The notes: generated by a model not told the origin, from the letters alone. DNA of 64,000 nucleotides from an uncultured Bacillales bacterium (GCA_945873815.1 CAMCEE010000009.1:218-64217); one strand, 5' to 3'; numbered from the stretch's first letter, positions 40,285 to 50,083 are shown. Numbers and translations are program-made.

Positions 40285-40312
40285 TGTTTACATAATATAT
40301 ATTATGCGAAGA
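40285..40312 (-). other. dif: dif-like XerC/XerD chromosome dimer resolution site
   Basis: The + strand reads TGTTTACATAA-TATATA-TTATGCGAAGA. The reverse complement is TCTTCGCATAA TATATA TTATGTAAACA. By hand count this matches B. subtilis dif (ACTTCCTAGAA TATATA TTATGTAAACT, recalled from memory) at 23/28 and E. coli dif (GGTGCGCATAA TGTATA TTATGTTAAAT, recalled from memory) at 21/28. It has the characteristic CATAA-N6-TTATG core and lies in a non-coding gap between convergent genes. Confidence 0.75.
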
Positions 40313-40390
40313 AGTTAACATATTCACAATTTAATGATTTTTACCCATCAAATATCATATTTTGACAATAATCCTCTTTTTCTTCACCAT

Positions 40391-40425
40391 AAAAAAACGT
40401 CTACTTCATTTAGTAGACATTTTTT
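40391..40425 (-). terminator. Terminator of mtnN (bidirectional architecture)
   Basis: GTCTACT (40399-40405) / AGTAGAC (40412-40418), flanked by A7 upstream and T6 downstream on the + strand. Confidence 0.8.
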
Positions 40426-40426
40426 A

Positions 40427-41113
40427 TTATTTCAATAACTCTAATAATACAAGCGCTGAGTTAGTAGAACTTAATTCTGCATTCTTATCAATTGCAATAT
40501 GATTATCTTCTTTCGTCACAATATCAGAAATCGATCTAACGATTACAAATGGAATTTGAGCGATATGACAGCATTGTGCAACTGCACCAGATTCCATTTC
40601 ACAAGCTACAACTCCTTCTCTATTTTTTAGATTAGAACGATTGTAGAAGTCTCTTGTTACGAACGAATCACCAGATAGAATTAAGCCTTTAACAACATGA
40701 TATTTAGGGTCTATTTTTTTCGAATTAATATATTCTAAATCAGGAATATAATATTCTGGCATTCCAGGAACTTGTCCTTCTTTATAATTAAAGATTGTTA
40801 CATCTACATCATAATAACCTACTCTATCAGCAATGATAACATCTGATATATTTAAGCGATTATCAACTGCACCGGAAGTTCCAATATTAAACACTCTTTT
40901 AATTTTGAAAGTTGAAAATAATCTCCCCATAAAGAATGCTGTTGAAACCTTCCCTATCTTACCAAGTCCTAATAAATACATTTCATTATTAAATTCAAAT
41001 TCTATCAAATTATCATTATCGAATTTAATTTCTCTATATTTATTTAATTGATTTTTTAGCGCATCAAATTCGACTTCCATCGCAGCGATTATAAGACTAT
41101 ATTCTCTTCTCAT
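40427..41113 (-). CDS. mtnN: 5'-methylthioadenosine/S-adenosylhomocysteine nucleosidase
   Basis: 228 aa with IIAAMEVE, GKV..A, GTSGA and EMESGAVAQ motifs. Confidence 0.9.
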   Translation of the reverse strand: MRREYSLIIAAMEVEFDALKNQLNKYREIKFDNDNLIEFEFNNEMYLLGLGKIGKVSTAFFMGRLFSTFKIKRVFNIGTSGAVDNRLNISDVIIADRVGYYDVDVTIFNYKEGQVPGMPEYYIPDLEYINSKKIDPKYHVVKGLILSGDSFVTRDFYNRSNLKNREGVVACEMESGAVAQCCHIAQIPFVIVRSISDIVTKEDNHIAIDKNAELSSTNSALVLLELLK

Positions 41114-41119
41114 TATTCG

Positions 41120-41467
41120 TTAATATCCTTTTCTAGAGCTGTTATTCTTTCCGGTGAGTAATTCTTCAATATTGACTCTTAAACGCTCATTAGAACTAAA
41201 TAAATGAACGATAATATCGTTACAATCAACGAGTAACCATTCAGATTCTTTTGTATTGCCTTCTACATGATGAACTGTCTCCTTGATAAGAGATAATTTC
41301 TCCTCTATTTCATCTGCAATTGAACTTGCTTGTCTTGAGTTTTGAACAGTCGCGACAACTACATAATCAAAAAAAGGAGATTTCTCTTTTGTTTCGATGA
41401 TTTGAATATCTTCCCCTTTCTTATCATCAATTGCTTTTGTGATAACATCTAATTTTAATTGTTCCAT
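41120..41467 (-). CDS. rsfS: Ribosome silencing factor RsfS
   Basis: 115 aa with DYVVVATVQNSRQ and WLLVDCNDIIVHLF. Sits after nadD/yqeK as in the yqe operon. Confidence 0.88.
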   Translation of the reverse strand: MEQLKLDVITKAIDDKKGEDIQIIETKEKSPFFDYVVVATVQNSRQASSIADEIEEKLSLIKETVHHVEGNTKESEWLLVDCNDIIVHLFSSNERLRVNIEELLTGKNNSSRKGY

Positions 41468-41468
41468 T

Positions 41469-42560
41469 TTATTTCCTCCTTGGTAAGTAATGATTGATAC
41501 ATGAATCCATTAATGGATTATGATAATCTATTCCCTTTCTTATAAAATATTTTATATTCTCTTCAAGAACTAATTCAAAGCCTTTATCAATATTCTCTAT
41601 GCAAGATTTTATTAACTCTTTACTATCGAAACCTCTAGTTGGTTCAATTTTATCTGATGCATATAATATCTTTCCTAATTTACTCAAATTTGAACAACCG
41701 GTAGAATGATATAATATAGCTTCTAACAATTCTTCGTCCTCGATTTTAAAATCATTGATGCATAAGTAATGAGACGTAAATTGATGATATAAGGCCTTTT
41801 GAATGTGTATATACTTTTCATCGTAATTTTGCCTAATGATTTGCATTTGCTTATCTATATCAACGTATTTCCCAATATCATGAAGAATTCCTGCTTGATA
41901 TGCTTTATATGGATTTACCCCATTATTAAGTGCTATTTCGTAACAAAGAGATGCAACGCTAATAGAATGGATGATTCTTTTCTCATTCATATAATTTTCT
42001 AATCTTTCCATATAATATAGTCGTTTATCTGATATGTAATCAAGAATGCATTTTGGCGCATCTAAGCATCTACATTCCCTTAATAAAGAAGAACTCATAC
42101 TAGAGATATAAGATCCAATCACTTCTACATGATATTTATTCACGTTATCCAAATTTAAAGAATAATTTGGTCTATCAAAAGCGATAAAATGAACTAGTTT
42201 GGATAATTCTTCGATTCTATACCATTCATGAAGTCTTTCCACTTGATCTGCACCAATTAAGAAGTAGAATTCTTCATCCTCATTTCTTTTTAATTTAGTT
42301 ATTGTATTATATGTATAATTAATCTCATCGGTTGATGATATTTCAATTTCATTAATCTCCATATAATCATATTCTTTAATTGCTAAAGAAAGCATATTAA
42401 TACGATCGAGTGCATTAGTTCTAGGACTTTTCCATCTAGGAGAACGCGCCGGAATAAATACTACTCTATCCGCATTAATTATCTCTTTTGATTTTTTAGC
42501 AATTTCAATATGCCCATTATGAATAGGATCAAAAGACCCACCAAAAATAATCGTTTTCAT
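41469..42560 (-). CDS. nadD: Fused nicotinate-nucleotide adenylyltransferase (NadD) and YqeK-type HD phosphohydrolase
   Basis: N-terminus GGSFDPIHNGHIEIA...SSMSSSLLRE (NadD). C-terminal half has HSISVA...AGILHDIGK...YHSTG (HD domain of YqeK). One uninterrupted 363-aa ORF. Confidence 0.85.
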   Translation of the reverse strand: MKTIIFGGSFDPIHNGHIEIAKKSKEIINADRVVFIPARSPRWKSPRTNALDRINMLSLAIKEYDYMEINEIEISSTDEINYTYNTITKLKRNEDEEFYFLIGADQVERLHEWYRIEELSKLVHFIAFDRPNYSLNLDNVNKYHVEVIGSYISSMSSSLLRECRCLDAPKCILDYISDKRLYYMERLENYMNEKRIIHSISVASLCYEIALNNGVNPYKAYQAGILHDIGKYVDIDKQMQIIRQNYDEKYIHIQKALYHQFTSHYLCINDFKIEDEELLEAILYHSTGCSNLSKLGKILYASDKIEPTRGFDSKELIKSCIENIDKGFELVLEENIKYFIRKGIDYHNPLMDSCINHYLPRRK

Positions 42561-42561
42561 A

Positions 42562-42861
42562 TTATTTAGGTAAATGTATTTTTGATTCAGAGTTGTTTAG
42601 ATTCTTCCTAAAAAGAACTATAACTCCTCCAATCACTTGTACTACTTCAGCATGCAATGCATTTCCTAAATCATTCGCAGTCTCTTTAATATCTAAATCG
42701 AATCCTTTCATAATTGAAATCTTAATTAATTCATTTTTTGTTAATGCTTTATCTAATAAATCTAAATTATTTTCAGAAATTAAATTCTTTCCTAATTGAT
42801 ATTTAGCTTGAAGTGTATTTGCAATACCCTTAAGGTATTTGATTTGTTTACTATTTAACAT
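42562..42861 (-). CDS. yhbY: CRM-domain RNA-binding protein YhbY/YqeI
   Basis: 99 aa: LNSKQIKYLKGIANTLQAKYQLGKNLIS...VIGGVIVLFR. Confidence 0.85.
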   Translation of the reverse strand: MLNSKQIKYLKGIANTLQAKYQLGKNLISENNLDLLDKALTKNELIKISIMKGFDLDIKETANDLGNALHAEVVQVIGGVIVLFRKNLNNSESKIHLPK

Positions 42862-42873
42862 TTTTTATTACTC

Positions 42874-43983
42874 CTAAATTATTGCATCTCTAACACAAAC
42901 TCCAACTCCTTTTGGAGCTTTTAAGATGATTTTTTGCCCATTTCCTTTTACATTAACCCAAAGATAACCAAAGATAACGATATCTACACTTTTTTCAGGA
43001 AGAATGAATTCATGGGCGACTAAAGATTCACTACCTGTCACTGTATTACTAATTGGTTGAATTCTATTCCCTTCAACTAAATTGTCAAACGTTTTATTTG
43101 CTCGATCAATCTTGCAACGTAATACTTCAACGTCATTAGAAGCGTATACAGTACAATTAGTTCTTGCTCCATCGACTACTTCAAAACGTGCAAGTCCACC
43201 TAGAATTAAGCATTGATTCTTATTTAATTGATATGATTTAGGCTTAATCTCAGTTTTTGGAATAATTCTTTTTAAAGCTGTCTTTTCAACCTTAAAGTAC
43301 ATTGAATCTGGAATTAATATACCTGGAGTATCATAGATGTAAGAATGATTATCTAATGGAATTGTAATAGTACTTACTGTTGTTCCAGGATAAGGTGAAG
43401 TAGATATTAGATTTCTACTTTCATTCTTATAATGATGCATGAATGAATTAATAAGTGATGATTTACCAGATGATGAAGCACCGATTAGATATAAATCCTT
43501 GTTGTTTCTATATTGTTTTCCTAATTCAATCCATTCATCAACGTTTGTTCCTTTTTTCGCAGAAGTAATAACAATATCAACAGGGCTGATTCCGTAATTG
43601 TTGAATTGCTCCTTAATGAATTCTTTAATCTTATTGTCATTACATGACTTAGGAAGAATATCTCTTTTATTAACAACAACTAAAATAGGATTATTTTTAA
43701 TGAATTCATGAGCTTCTTTGATAATAGAACCTTCGAAATTGAAAACATCGACTACATAAACAAAGAGATTATTTTTCTTAATCGCTTTATCAAGTATCTT
43801 TTTATAGTCTGGTTTTATTAATCCCTCTTCTTCGGCGAATCCATAATGTTGAAGTCGGTAGCATCTTTGACATAAGACATTACCAGTAAGCCCTAAAGGC
43901 TTAGGAGTATAACCTGTTAATGATGGTTCATTATTTTGTAGTTCCACTCCACATCCGAAGCAACGATAAGTAACATTTGACAT
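42874..43983 (-). CDS. yqeH: Ribosome biogenesis GTPase YqeH
   Basis: N-terminal zinc finger CFGCG...CQRC and a circularly permuted GTPase (NKRDIL ... GASSSGKSS ... DTPG). Confidence 0.9.
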   Translation of the reverse strand: MSNVTYRCFGCGVELQNNEPSLTGYTPKPLGLTGNVLCQRCYRLQHYGFAEEEGLIKPDYKKILDKAIKKNNLFVYVVDVFNFEGSIIKEAHEFIKNNPILVVVNKRDILPKSCNDNKIKEFIKEQFNNYGISPVDIVITSAKKGTNVDEWIELGKQYRNNKDLYLIGASSSGKSSLINSFMHHYKNESRNLISTSPYPGTTVSTITIPLDNHSYIYDTPGILIPDSMYFKVEKTALKRIIPKTEIKPKSYQLNKNQCLILGGLARFEVVDGARTNCTVYASNDVEVLRCKIDRANKTFDNLVEGNRIQPISNTVTGSESLVAHEFILPEKSVDIVIFGYLWVNVKGNGQKIILKAPKGVGVCVRDAII

Positions 43984-43987
43984 AAAA

Positions 43988-44503
43988 TTAACCCCCTATT
44001 CTTGTTATTTGACCTTTTTTTATCATTTTATTACGTAAATGATTATCAATAATTCTATTAAAAAATGTACACCATTGATCTCTTTTTACTAATTGATCTA
44101 CTAAGCATACTCTGATTCCTACGTTTTTAGCTGCAAGAACATCAGTAAGTATTTGATCTCCAATCATCATTCCTTTATTAATATTAAGCCCCTTCATTTT
44201 AAGAAATCTCTTAATCTTAAATCCAAATGGCTTACCTGTATGATGAAGGTATTCAACTCCTAATGCTTTTGCAAAAGGAGATACTCTCTTTTTTTGATTG
44301 TTAGATAGAATATAGAATTTAATTCCCTTTTCAATTATTTTATTAACATAAGCGATAGTTTCTTCATTTGGTGTAAGTGAATCAAATGCGTCTAATGTAT
44401 TGTCTAAATCGCATAAAATGTATTCAATATGATTATTAATATAAAAATCAATATCTAGTGAAAATAGATTTTTAGCATAATAATTTGGAATAAATCTTTT
44501 CAT
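43988..44503 (-). CDS. yqeG: YqeG-family HAD phosphatase
   Basis: CDLDNTL HAD motif I, SNN, and GDQILTD. First gene of the yqe operon. Confidence 0.85.
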   Translation of the reverse strand: MKRFIPNYYAKNLFSLDIDFYINNHIEYILCDLDNTLDAFDSLTPNEETIAYVNKIIEKGIKFYILSNNQKKRVSPFAKALGVEYLHHTGKPFGFKIKRFLKMKGLNINKGMMIGDQILTDVLAAKNVGIRVCLVDQLVKRDQWCTFFNRIIDNHLRNKMIKKGQITRIGG

Positions 44504-44590
44504 TCAGTTCTCCTTAGTTAAATTATACTATATAATTTACACTCATTGTATAAAGTTTTTATAATATTAATATAATTTAATGGTGAATAT

Positions 44591-45286
44591 ATGATATTTG
44601 AATTAATTTTTAGTTTGCTAGATGTATCATTTTTACTCGGATTAACTAAATCCACTGTTCTTCCAAGAAAACTTGAAGAAGAAGAGGAAAATGAATTAAT
44701 TAAACAATTATTCGATGAAAAAACACATACTCATGCTAGGAATGAAATAATTACACACAATTTACGGTTAGTTGCACATATCGCCCAAAAATACGATTCA
44801 AAAGATGAAGATTTAGATGACCTAATCTCAATTGGAACAATCGGTTTAGTTAAGGCGGTTGATACATATTCTTATTCGAAAAATGTAAAGCTTGCAACAT
44901 ATGCTGCAAAATGTATTGAAAATGAAATATTAATGATATTAAGAAGTAATAAAAAATATGCAAAAAATACTTCTCTTTTTGAATCAATTGGAGTTGATAA
45001 AGATGGAAGTGAAATCTCTTTAATCGATATCCTTCCTAGTAATGAACCAAACGTGCAAGATGAATATGAAAAGAAACTAAAAATAAATGCACTAAGAAGA
45101 TATCTGGAAGTACTTGATGAACGTGAAATGAAAATAATTTCCTTACGCTATGGATTAGAAGGAGAAATCGAACATACACAAAAAGAAATCTCCAAGAAAT
45201 ATAATATTTCAAGGAGTTATGTTTCAAGAATAGAAAAAAGAGCACTTACAAAGCTTTTATCGGAATTTAGGAAGAATAATTATTAA
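44591..45286 (+). CDS. sigK: Sporulation sigma factor of the pro-sigma-K / sigma-E type, uninterrupted
   Basis: Hydrophobic pro-sequence (MIFELIFSLLDVSFLLGL), then HARNEIITHNLRLVAHIAQKY, DLISIGTIGLVKAV, KLATYAAKCIENEILM and ISRSYVSRIEKRALTKL. From memory this is closest to B. subtilis SigK. SigE is not fully excluded. Confidence 0.75.
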   Translation: MIFELIFSLLDVSFLLGLTKSTVLPRKLEEEEENELIKQLFDEKTHTHARNEIITHNLRLVAHIAQKYDSKDEDLDDLISIGTIGLVKAVDTYSYSKNVKLATYAAKCIENEILMILRSNKKYAKNTSLFESIGVDKDGSEISLIDILPSNEPNVQDEYEKKLKINALRRYLEVLDEREMKIISLRYGLEGEIEHTQKEISKKYNISRSYVSRIEKRALTKLLSEFRKNNY

Positions 45287-45314
45287 AAAAATGCCCTTTT
45301 AAGGGCATTTCTTC
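45285..45314. terminator. Bidirectional terminator between convergent sigK and parC
   Basis: ATGCCC (45291-45296) / GGGCAT (45303-45308), with A6 upstream and a T-rich sequence downstream. Confidence 0.8.
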
Positions 45315-47938
45315 TAATCGTCATCAACGAAATCGAATAATGTGATTTTATCTTCTTTATTATTATCTTCCTTGAAAGTTTTCTTTATTTCTTCCTTTTT
45401 TATATTTACAGATTTAGGTTCTTGTTTTTTATATTCTTTGGTTTCTAAAGCTTTAATTGAACTATCAATTGTTTGAACTTCAAAACTATATACATCCGTA
45501 ATATCAAAAGATTGTGTAACATTCATATTGCTTTTTAGATAACTGTCAAGTGGCATTGATTTTACATCCTTTAAATCATATTTAAGAACATCTTGATTTT
45601 CGAATGCTACATAAACGCTTAAATCTTCAAATTTCTTATCGATTTTCTTAAAATATACACATTTTTGTGGATCCGATTTGAATGTTTTGAATATCGCTTG
45701 TTTTGGACCTAATCTAATTCCTAAATCTAAATTCATTGAATCGACAATTCTTAATCCATGATGATTTGTAATCGCGATTAATTTAGTACGTTCGTCTGGA
45801 AGGAAAGAAACAAATCCACATACTCCACTACAATCTTTATCTAATTTGATTGCCTTAATTCCTCCAGCTTTAATTCCAACGATATTGACTTCATTTTCAT
45901 TATAGAATGCACATGAACCATTATCAGAAATGATTAGAATATTGGAATTACCAGTGGTTACTTCAGCAGTTACTAATTCGTCTCCATCAGATAATCTAAA
46001 GCAACGAGAAGGTTTATTAGTTTTAATCGCATCAAATTCCGTCAATAAAGTACGTTTGATTTGACCAAGTTTTGAAAGCATCGTCACATAGATATTATCT
46101 TTAAACTCTTTAACGCATATTCCGCCAATTATCTTTTCAGAAGGAGATAACGTTGTAATATCATTCATGTGTTGTCCTTCATCTTTCCATTTTTTATCAA
46201 CTAATTTGTATACAGGAACTGCAATAAAATTACCAAAATTAGTAAATAGAAGTAAGGTATCAGTCGTTTCTGCTTCCACAACTCCTTTTAAACAGTCTCC
46301 AAGCTTAATATTTGGTACTTGATCTTGTGAGCTGCGATATGATTTTAATTGTGATCTTTTAATATACCCATCTTTAGTAAATGAGACCATAACAGTTTCT
46401 TTTGAAATTAATGCTTTTTTATCAATTTCATAAGTTATTTGCTCATCAACGATAGTTGTTCTTCTTGAATCACCATATTTATCTTTAATCTTATTTAGAT
46501 CATTTCTAATTAGGTTATTAATTTTATTTGGATTTGATAACAATCCTTCAAGATATTCTATTGTATCATTTAATTCACTTTGTTCATTTTTAAGCGAAGT
46601 GATATCAAGGTTTGTCAAACGATATAATTGAAGATTTAAAATCGCTTCTGCTTGAATTTCAGTAAATGTGAATTCATTAACAAGATTTATTTTAGCATCC
46701 GCTTTATCTTTTGAAGCCTTAATACATGCGACAACTTCATCAATTATTGAACAAGCTTTAATTAATCCATCTACGATATGTAATCTACTCTTCGCTTTAT
46801 CTAAATCAAATTGACTTCTACGAGTGATTACTTCAACTTGATGCTCGATATAGCAATCAATCATCTCTAATAGATTGGTAACACGTGGATGATTATGATC
46901 AATAACTAACGCATTAAATTTAATGGTAGAACATAATACTCCCTTTGATAATAAAAAGTTGAGAATATTATTAGGATCTGATTCTTTTTTAATATCTAGT
47001 GCAATTCTTAAGCCGTCTTTATCGGTTTCATCACGAGTTTCAAGAATTGCATCTAATTTATTTGTAAAGCGACATTTGTCTATGTTTTGAATGAGTTCTG
47101 ATTTATCCTTACCCCAAGGAATCTCATGAATGATAATTTGATTAATATTTTTATCTGAAGTTAATACCTCGGTTTTACACCATAACTTAAATGATCCATT
47201 CCCTGTTTCATAGATATTTAGTAAATCCTTTTTATTTTTTATAATACCACCAGTTGGGAAATCCGGACCTTGAATGAATTCCATCAAGTCGCTTACTTCA
47301 CATCTTTTATGTTGGATACGATAATTAATCGCATCAATAACTTCGCATAGATTATGTGGAGGAATATCAGTAGAAGCACCGATTGCAATACCTTGAGTTC
47401 CATTTACTAACATATTTGGAAATCTTGAAGGTAAAACGACCGGTTCGAATTCTTGATCGTCGAAATTTAATTGCATATCGACTGTTTTCTTATTAAGATC
47501 TTGAACCATCAAATCTGATAATTCTGATAATCTTGCTTCGGTATAACGATATGCAGCAGGACCATCTCCATCAATTGAACCATTATTTCCTTGGAAATCA
47601 ATTAGAGGATATCTCATCTTCCAATCTTGAGAAAGACGAACCATCGCATCATAAACAGAAGTATCTCCATGTGGGTGAAAACGACCGATAACTTGACCGA
47701 CAGTTCTTGCACATTTTCTTGTTTGTTTACTTGAAACATTTCCTTCAAGAATCATCGTATAAAGGATTCTTCTTTGAACTGGTTTTAAACCATCTCTAAC
47801 ATCTGGGACTGCTCTTTCTTGGAGAACGTATTTAGAATAACGACCAAATCCTTCAGACATAACATCCTCAATATTCGATTCAAAAATTGTTTCAACAAAT
47901 ACTTCTTCCTCTTTTTTAGGTTGTTTAGTTTTAGCCAT
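45314..47938 (-). CDS. parC: DNA topoisomerase IV subunit A
   Basis: 874 aa. GyrA/ParC N-terminal domain (DGLKPVQRRILY, active-site AAYRYTEARL). No GyrA-box (QRRGGKG-like) motif seen in the C-terminal domain. parE-parC sits next to plsY, as in Bacillus and Streptococcus. Confidence 0.85.
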   Translation of the reverse strand: MAKTKQPKKEEEVFVETIFESNIEDVMSEGFGRYSKYVLQERAVPDVRDGLKPVQRRILYTMILEGNVSSKQTRKCARTVGQVIGRFHPHGDTSVYDAMVRLSQDWKMRYPLIDFQGNNGSIDGDGPAAYRYTEARLSELSDLMVQDLNKKTVDMQLNFDDQEFEPVVLPSRFPNMLVNGTQGIAIGASTDIPPHNLCEVIDAINYRIQHKRCEVSDLMEFIQGPDFPTGGIIKNKKDLLNIYETGNGSFKLWCKTEVLTSDKNINQIIIHEIPWGKDKSELIQNIDKCRFTNKLDAILETRDETDKDGLRIALDIKKESDPNNILNFLLSKGVLCSTIKFNALVIDHNHPRVTNLLEMIDCYIEHQVEVITRRSQFDLDKAKSRLHIVDGLIKACSIIDEVVACIKASKDKADAKINLVNEFTFTEIQAEAILNLQLYRLTNLDITSLKNEQSELNDTIEYLEGLLSNPNKINNLIRNDLNKIKDKYGDSRRTTIVDEQITYEIDKKALISKETVMVSFTKDGYIKRSQLKSYRSSQDQVPNIKLGDCLKGVVEAETTDTLLLFTNFGNFIAVPVYKLVDKKWKDEGQHMNDITTLSPSEKIIGGICVKEFKDNIYVTMLSKLGQIKRTLLTEFDAIKTNKPSRCFRLSDGDELVTAEVTTGNSNILIISDNGSCAFYNENEVNIVGIKAGGIKAIKLDKDCSGVCGFVSFLPDERTKLIAITNHHGLRIVDSMNLDLGIRLGPKQAIFKTFKSDPQKCVYFKKIDKKFEDLSVYVAFENQDVLKYDLKDVKSMPLDSYLKSNMNVTQSFDITDVYSFEVQTIDSSIKALETKEYKKQEPKSVNIKKEEIKKTFKEDNNKEDKITLFDFVDDD

Positions 47939-49943
47939 TATTCTTCACCTCCTCAACAAAGAAGTCTCCTTTAGTGGAGAAATCAACATTTTCAGTAATC
48001 CATTCATTTCTAGGTGCAGCATTTTTACCCATAAATAATTCAACGTAATGATGTGCAATATTATGATCGTTAATTGTTAATTTAATCAATTTACGTTTCT
48101 TAGGATCCATCGTTGTATCCCATAATTGATTTGCATCCATTTCACCAAGTCCTTTATAACGCGATACTTGATATCCCGGACCAATTTTCTTTTTTGCTTG
48201 CTCAAGTTCATCTTGATTCCAAGCATATTCTTGAATTGTTTTCTTATTTATAATCTTTGAAACGCGATATAAAGGAGGACATGCAACATAAACGTGGCCT
48301 AATTCAATTAATGGTTTCATTTTTAAATAGAAAAAATTGATTAATAGATTTTGAATATGAGCTCCATCGGTATCAGCATCGGTCATGATGATGACTTTAT
48401 CATAACGAAGATTTCGTATATTAAAATCTTTTCCAGTACCAGTTCCTATCGTATAAGCAAGAGTTGATAATTCTTCGTTTTTCATAAATGCGTCTTCAGC
48501 ATCATTAGAGATGTTTTTAGGTTTTCCTCTTAATGGAAGCAATCCTTGATATCTTTTGTCTCTACATTTTTTGGCGCTACCACCTGCGGAATCACCTTCG
48601 ACGATGAATAATTCGTTTTTAGAAAAATCCTTAGATTGAGGAGGTACTAATTTACCGGATAGTAATAATGTATTCTTCTCTGCATCTTTTGCGCTAGGTT
48701 TACGTAATTCTTCCTTAGCGTTTCGTACTGCCATTCTTTCTTTTTGCGCATCAAATATTTTTCCGATAACATTTTTCGCATACTCTTTATTTTCGATTAA
48801 ATATCTGGTCATATTTGTATAAACGAGATTCTCCATCGCAATTGCAGCATCTGGAGTTCCTAATTTACCTTTTGTTTGTCCTTCAAATTGTATCTTACTT
48901 TCAGGCACGCGTACAGAAACAACGCAAGAGATTCCTTCTCTAATGTCGCTTCCTTCTAATTTCATATCTCCTTTTAATAATTTATTACGGTCAATATATT
49001 CATTAAATGCTTTAGTTAAACCAGAACGATAGCCTCTTACATGGCTTCCTTCAAATTCTGTAAAAATCGAGTTTGCAAAAGAATATACTCTTTCTTCATA
49101 TGAATCTTGTAAGAATTGGAAAGCAAATTCGACTTTTATCTCTTTTGTAAAATCAGAGAAGTATCCAATAGGATTCAATTCTTTTTTGCCTTCATTTTTC
49201 TTTAATAAATATTCCTTTATTCCATCGTTATAGATGAATTCTTGTCTTTTTCCTTTTTCTCTTTCATCGATTAGAATGAATTTAACGCCAGAACATTGAC
49301 AAGCAGAATTATCTAATCTTTGAGCGATTAAATCATATTTAAATTCAGGTTCAGGAAGCATTTTTTTATCAGGTTTAAAGGTAATTGATGAACCACGCTT
49401 AGTCGTAGGACCAATCACTTTTGTTCCAGATTTCTTATTGCCTCCATCTTTATACTCTGCATAATATTCAGTTCCATCTCGATAAACAGATACTTTAACC
49501 CATTCTGATAAAGCATTTACGCAAGCAGAACCGACGCCATGTAGTCCAGCCGATGATTTATAGTTTGATTCATCGAATTTACCGCCTCCATGAAGGGTAC
49601 AGAAAACGATATCTAAACCATCCATTTTCTCTTTCTCATTATAATCGCAAGGAATACCTCTTCCTTCATCGGATACTGTTATTGAACCATCTTGATGAAT
49701 ACAAACAGTAATCTTTTTACCATATCCTGATAAAGCTTCATCGATAGCGTTATCAATGATTTCCCAAACTAGATGATGAGTACCTCTCCAATCTGTAGAG
49801 CCAATATACATACCAGGTCTTTTCTTAACTGGATCAAGACCCTTTAAAATCTTTAATGATGAAGCACCATATGAAGATTTATTATTATTTAAACTTTTTT
49901 CTTTAAGTGTAGTATCGTCGATTTTTGTCTTTTTTTCAGCCAT
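47931..49943 (-). CDS. parE: DNA topoisomerase IV subunit B
   Basis: 670 aa. GHKL ATPase (RPGMYIGST, HHLVWEIIDNAIDE, LHGVG) and Toprim (EGDSAGG, DADTDGAHI). Overlaps parC by 8 nt. Confidence 0.85.
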   Translation of the reverse strand: MAEKKTKIDDTTLKEKSLNNNKSSYGASSLKILKGLDPVKKRPGMYIGSTDWRGTHHLVWEIIDNAIDEALSGYGKKITVCIHQDGSITVSDEGRGIPCDYNEKEKMDGLDIVFCTLHGGGKFDESNYKSSAGLHGVGSACVNALSEWVKVSVYRDGTEYYAEYKDGGNKKSGTKVIGPTTKRGSSITFKPDKKMLPEPEFKYDLIAQRLDNSACQCSGVKFILIDEREKGKRQEFIYNDGIKEYLLKKNEGKKELNPIGYFSDFTKEIKVEFAFQFLQDSYEERVYSFANSIFTEFEGSHVRGYRSGLTKAFNEYIDRNKLLKGDMKLEGSDIREGISCVVSVRVPESKIQFEGQTKGKLGTPDAAIAMENLVYTNMTRYLIENKEYAKNVIGKIFDAQKERMAVRNAKEELRKPSAKDAEKNTLLLSGKLVPPQSKDFSKNELFIVEGDSAGGSAKKCRDKRYQGLLPLRGKPKNISNDAEDAFMKNEELSTLAYTIGTGTGKDFNIRNLRYDKVIIMTDADTDGAHIQNLLINFFYLKMKPLIELGHVYVACPPLYRVSKIINKKTIQEYAWNQDELEQAKKKIGPGYQVSRYKGLGEMDANQLWDTTMDPKKRKLIKLTINDHNIAHHYVELFMGKNAAPRNEWITENVDFSTKGDFFVEEVKNNG

Positions 49944-50083
49944 AATTTACCCCACTTTCTTAACACATCCCTAATTTTATCAAAAATCCAAGTATATTTC
50001 TACTATTAATATAAACATATTAATTTGCTTAAAAATCTGAAAAATTATTAAGTAAAAATAAGCTAATGTGATATACTAGACCT

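Noticed and set aside
40071-40426. A small RNA or micro-ORF in the 357-bp gap.
   Set aside because: Only very short ORFs (up to 12 codons) without RBSs are present. I found no promoter with acceptable -35/-10 spacing that would feed the 40399-40425 terminator.
45314-49943. The alternative call gyrB/gyrA for the type IIA topoisomerase pair.
   Set aside because: There is no GyrA-box motif in the A subunit's C-terminal domain and no dnaA/dnaN/recF context. The adjacency to plsY matches the parE-parC arrangement of Bacillus and Streptococcus.
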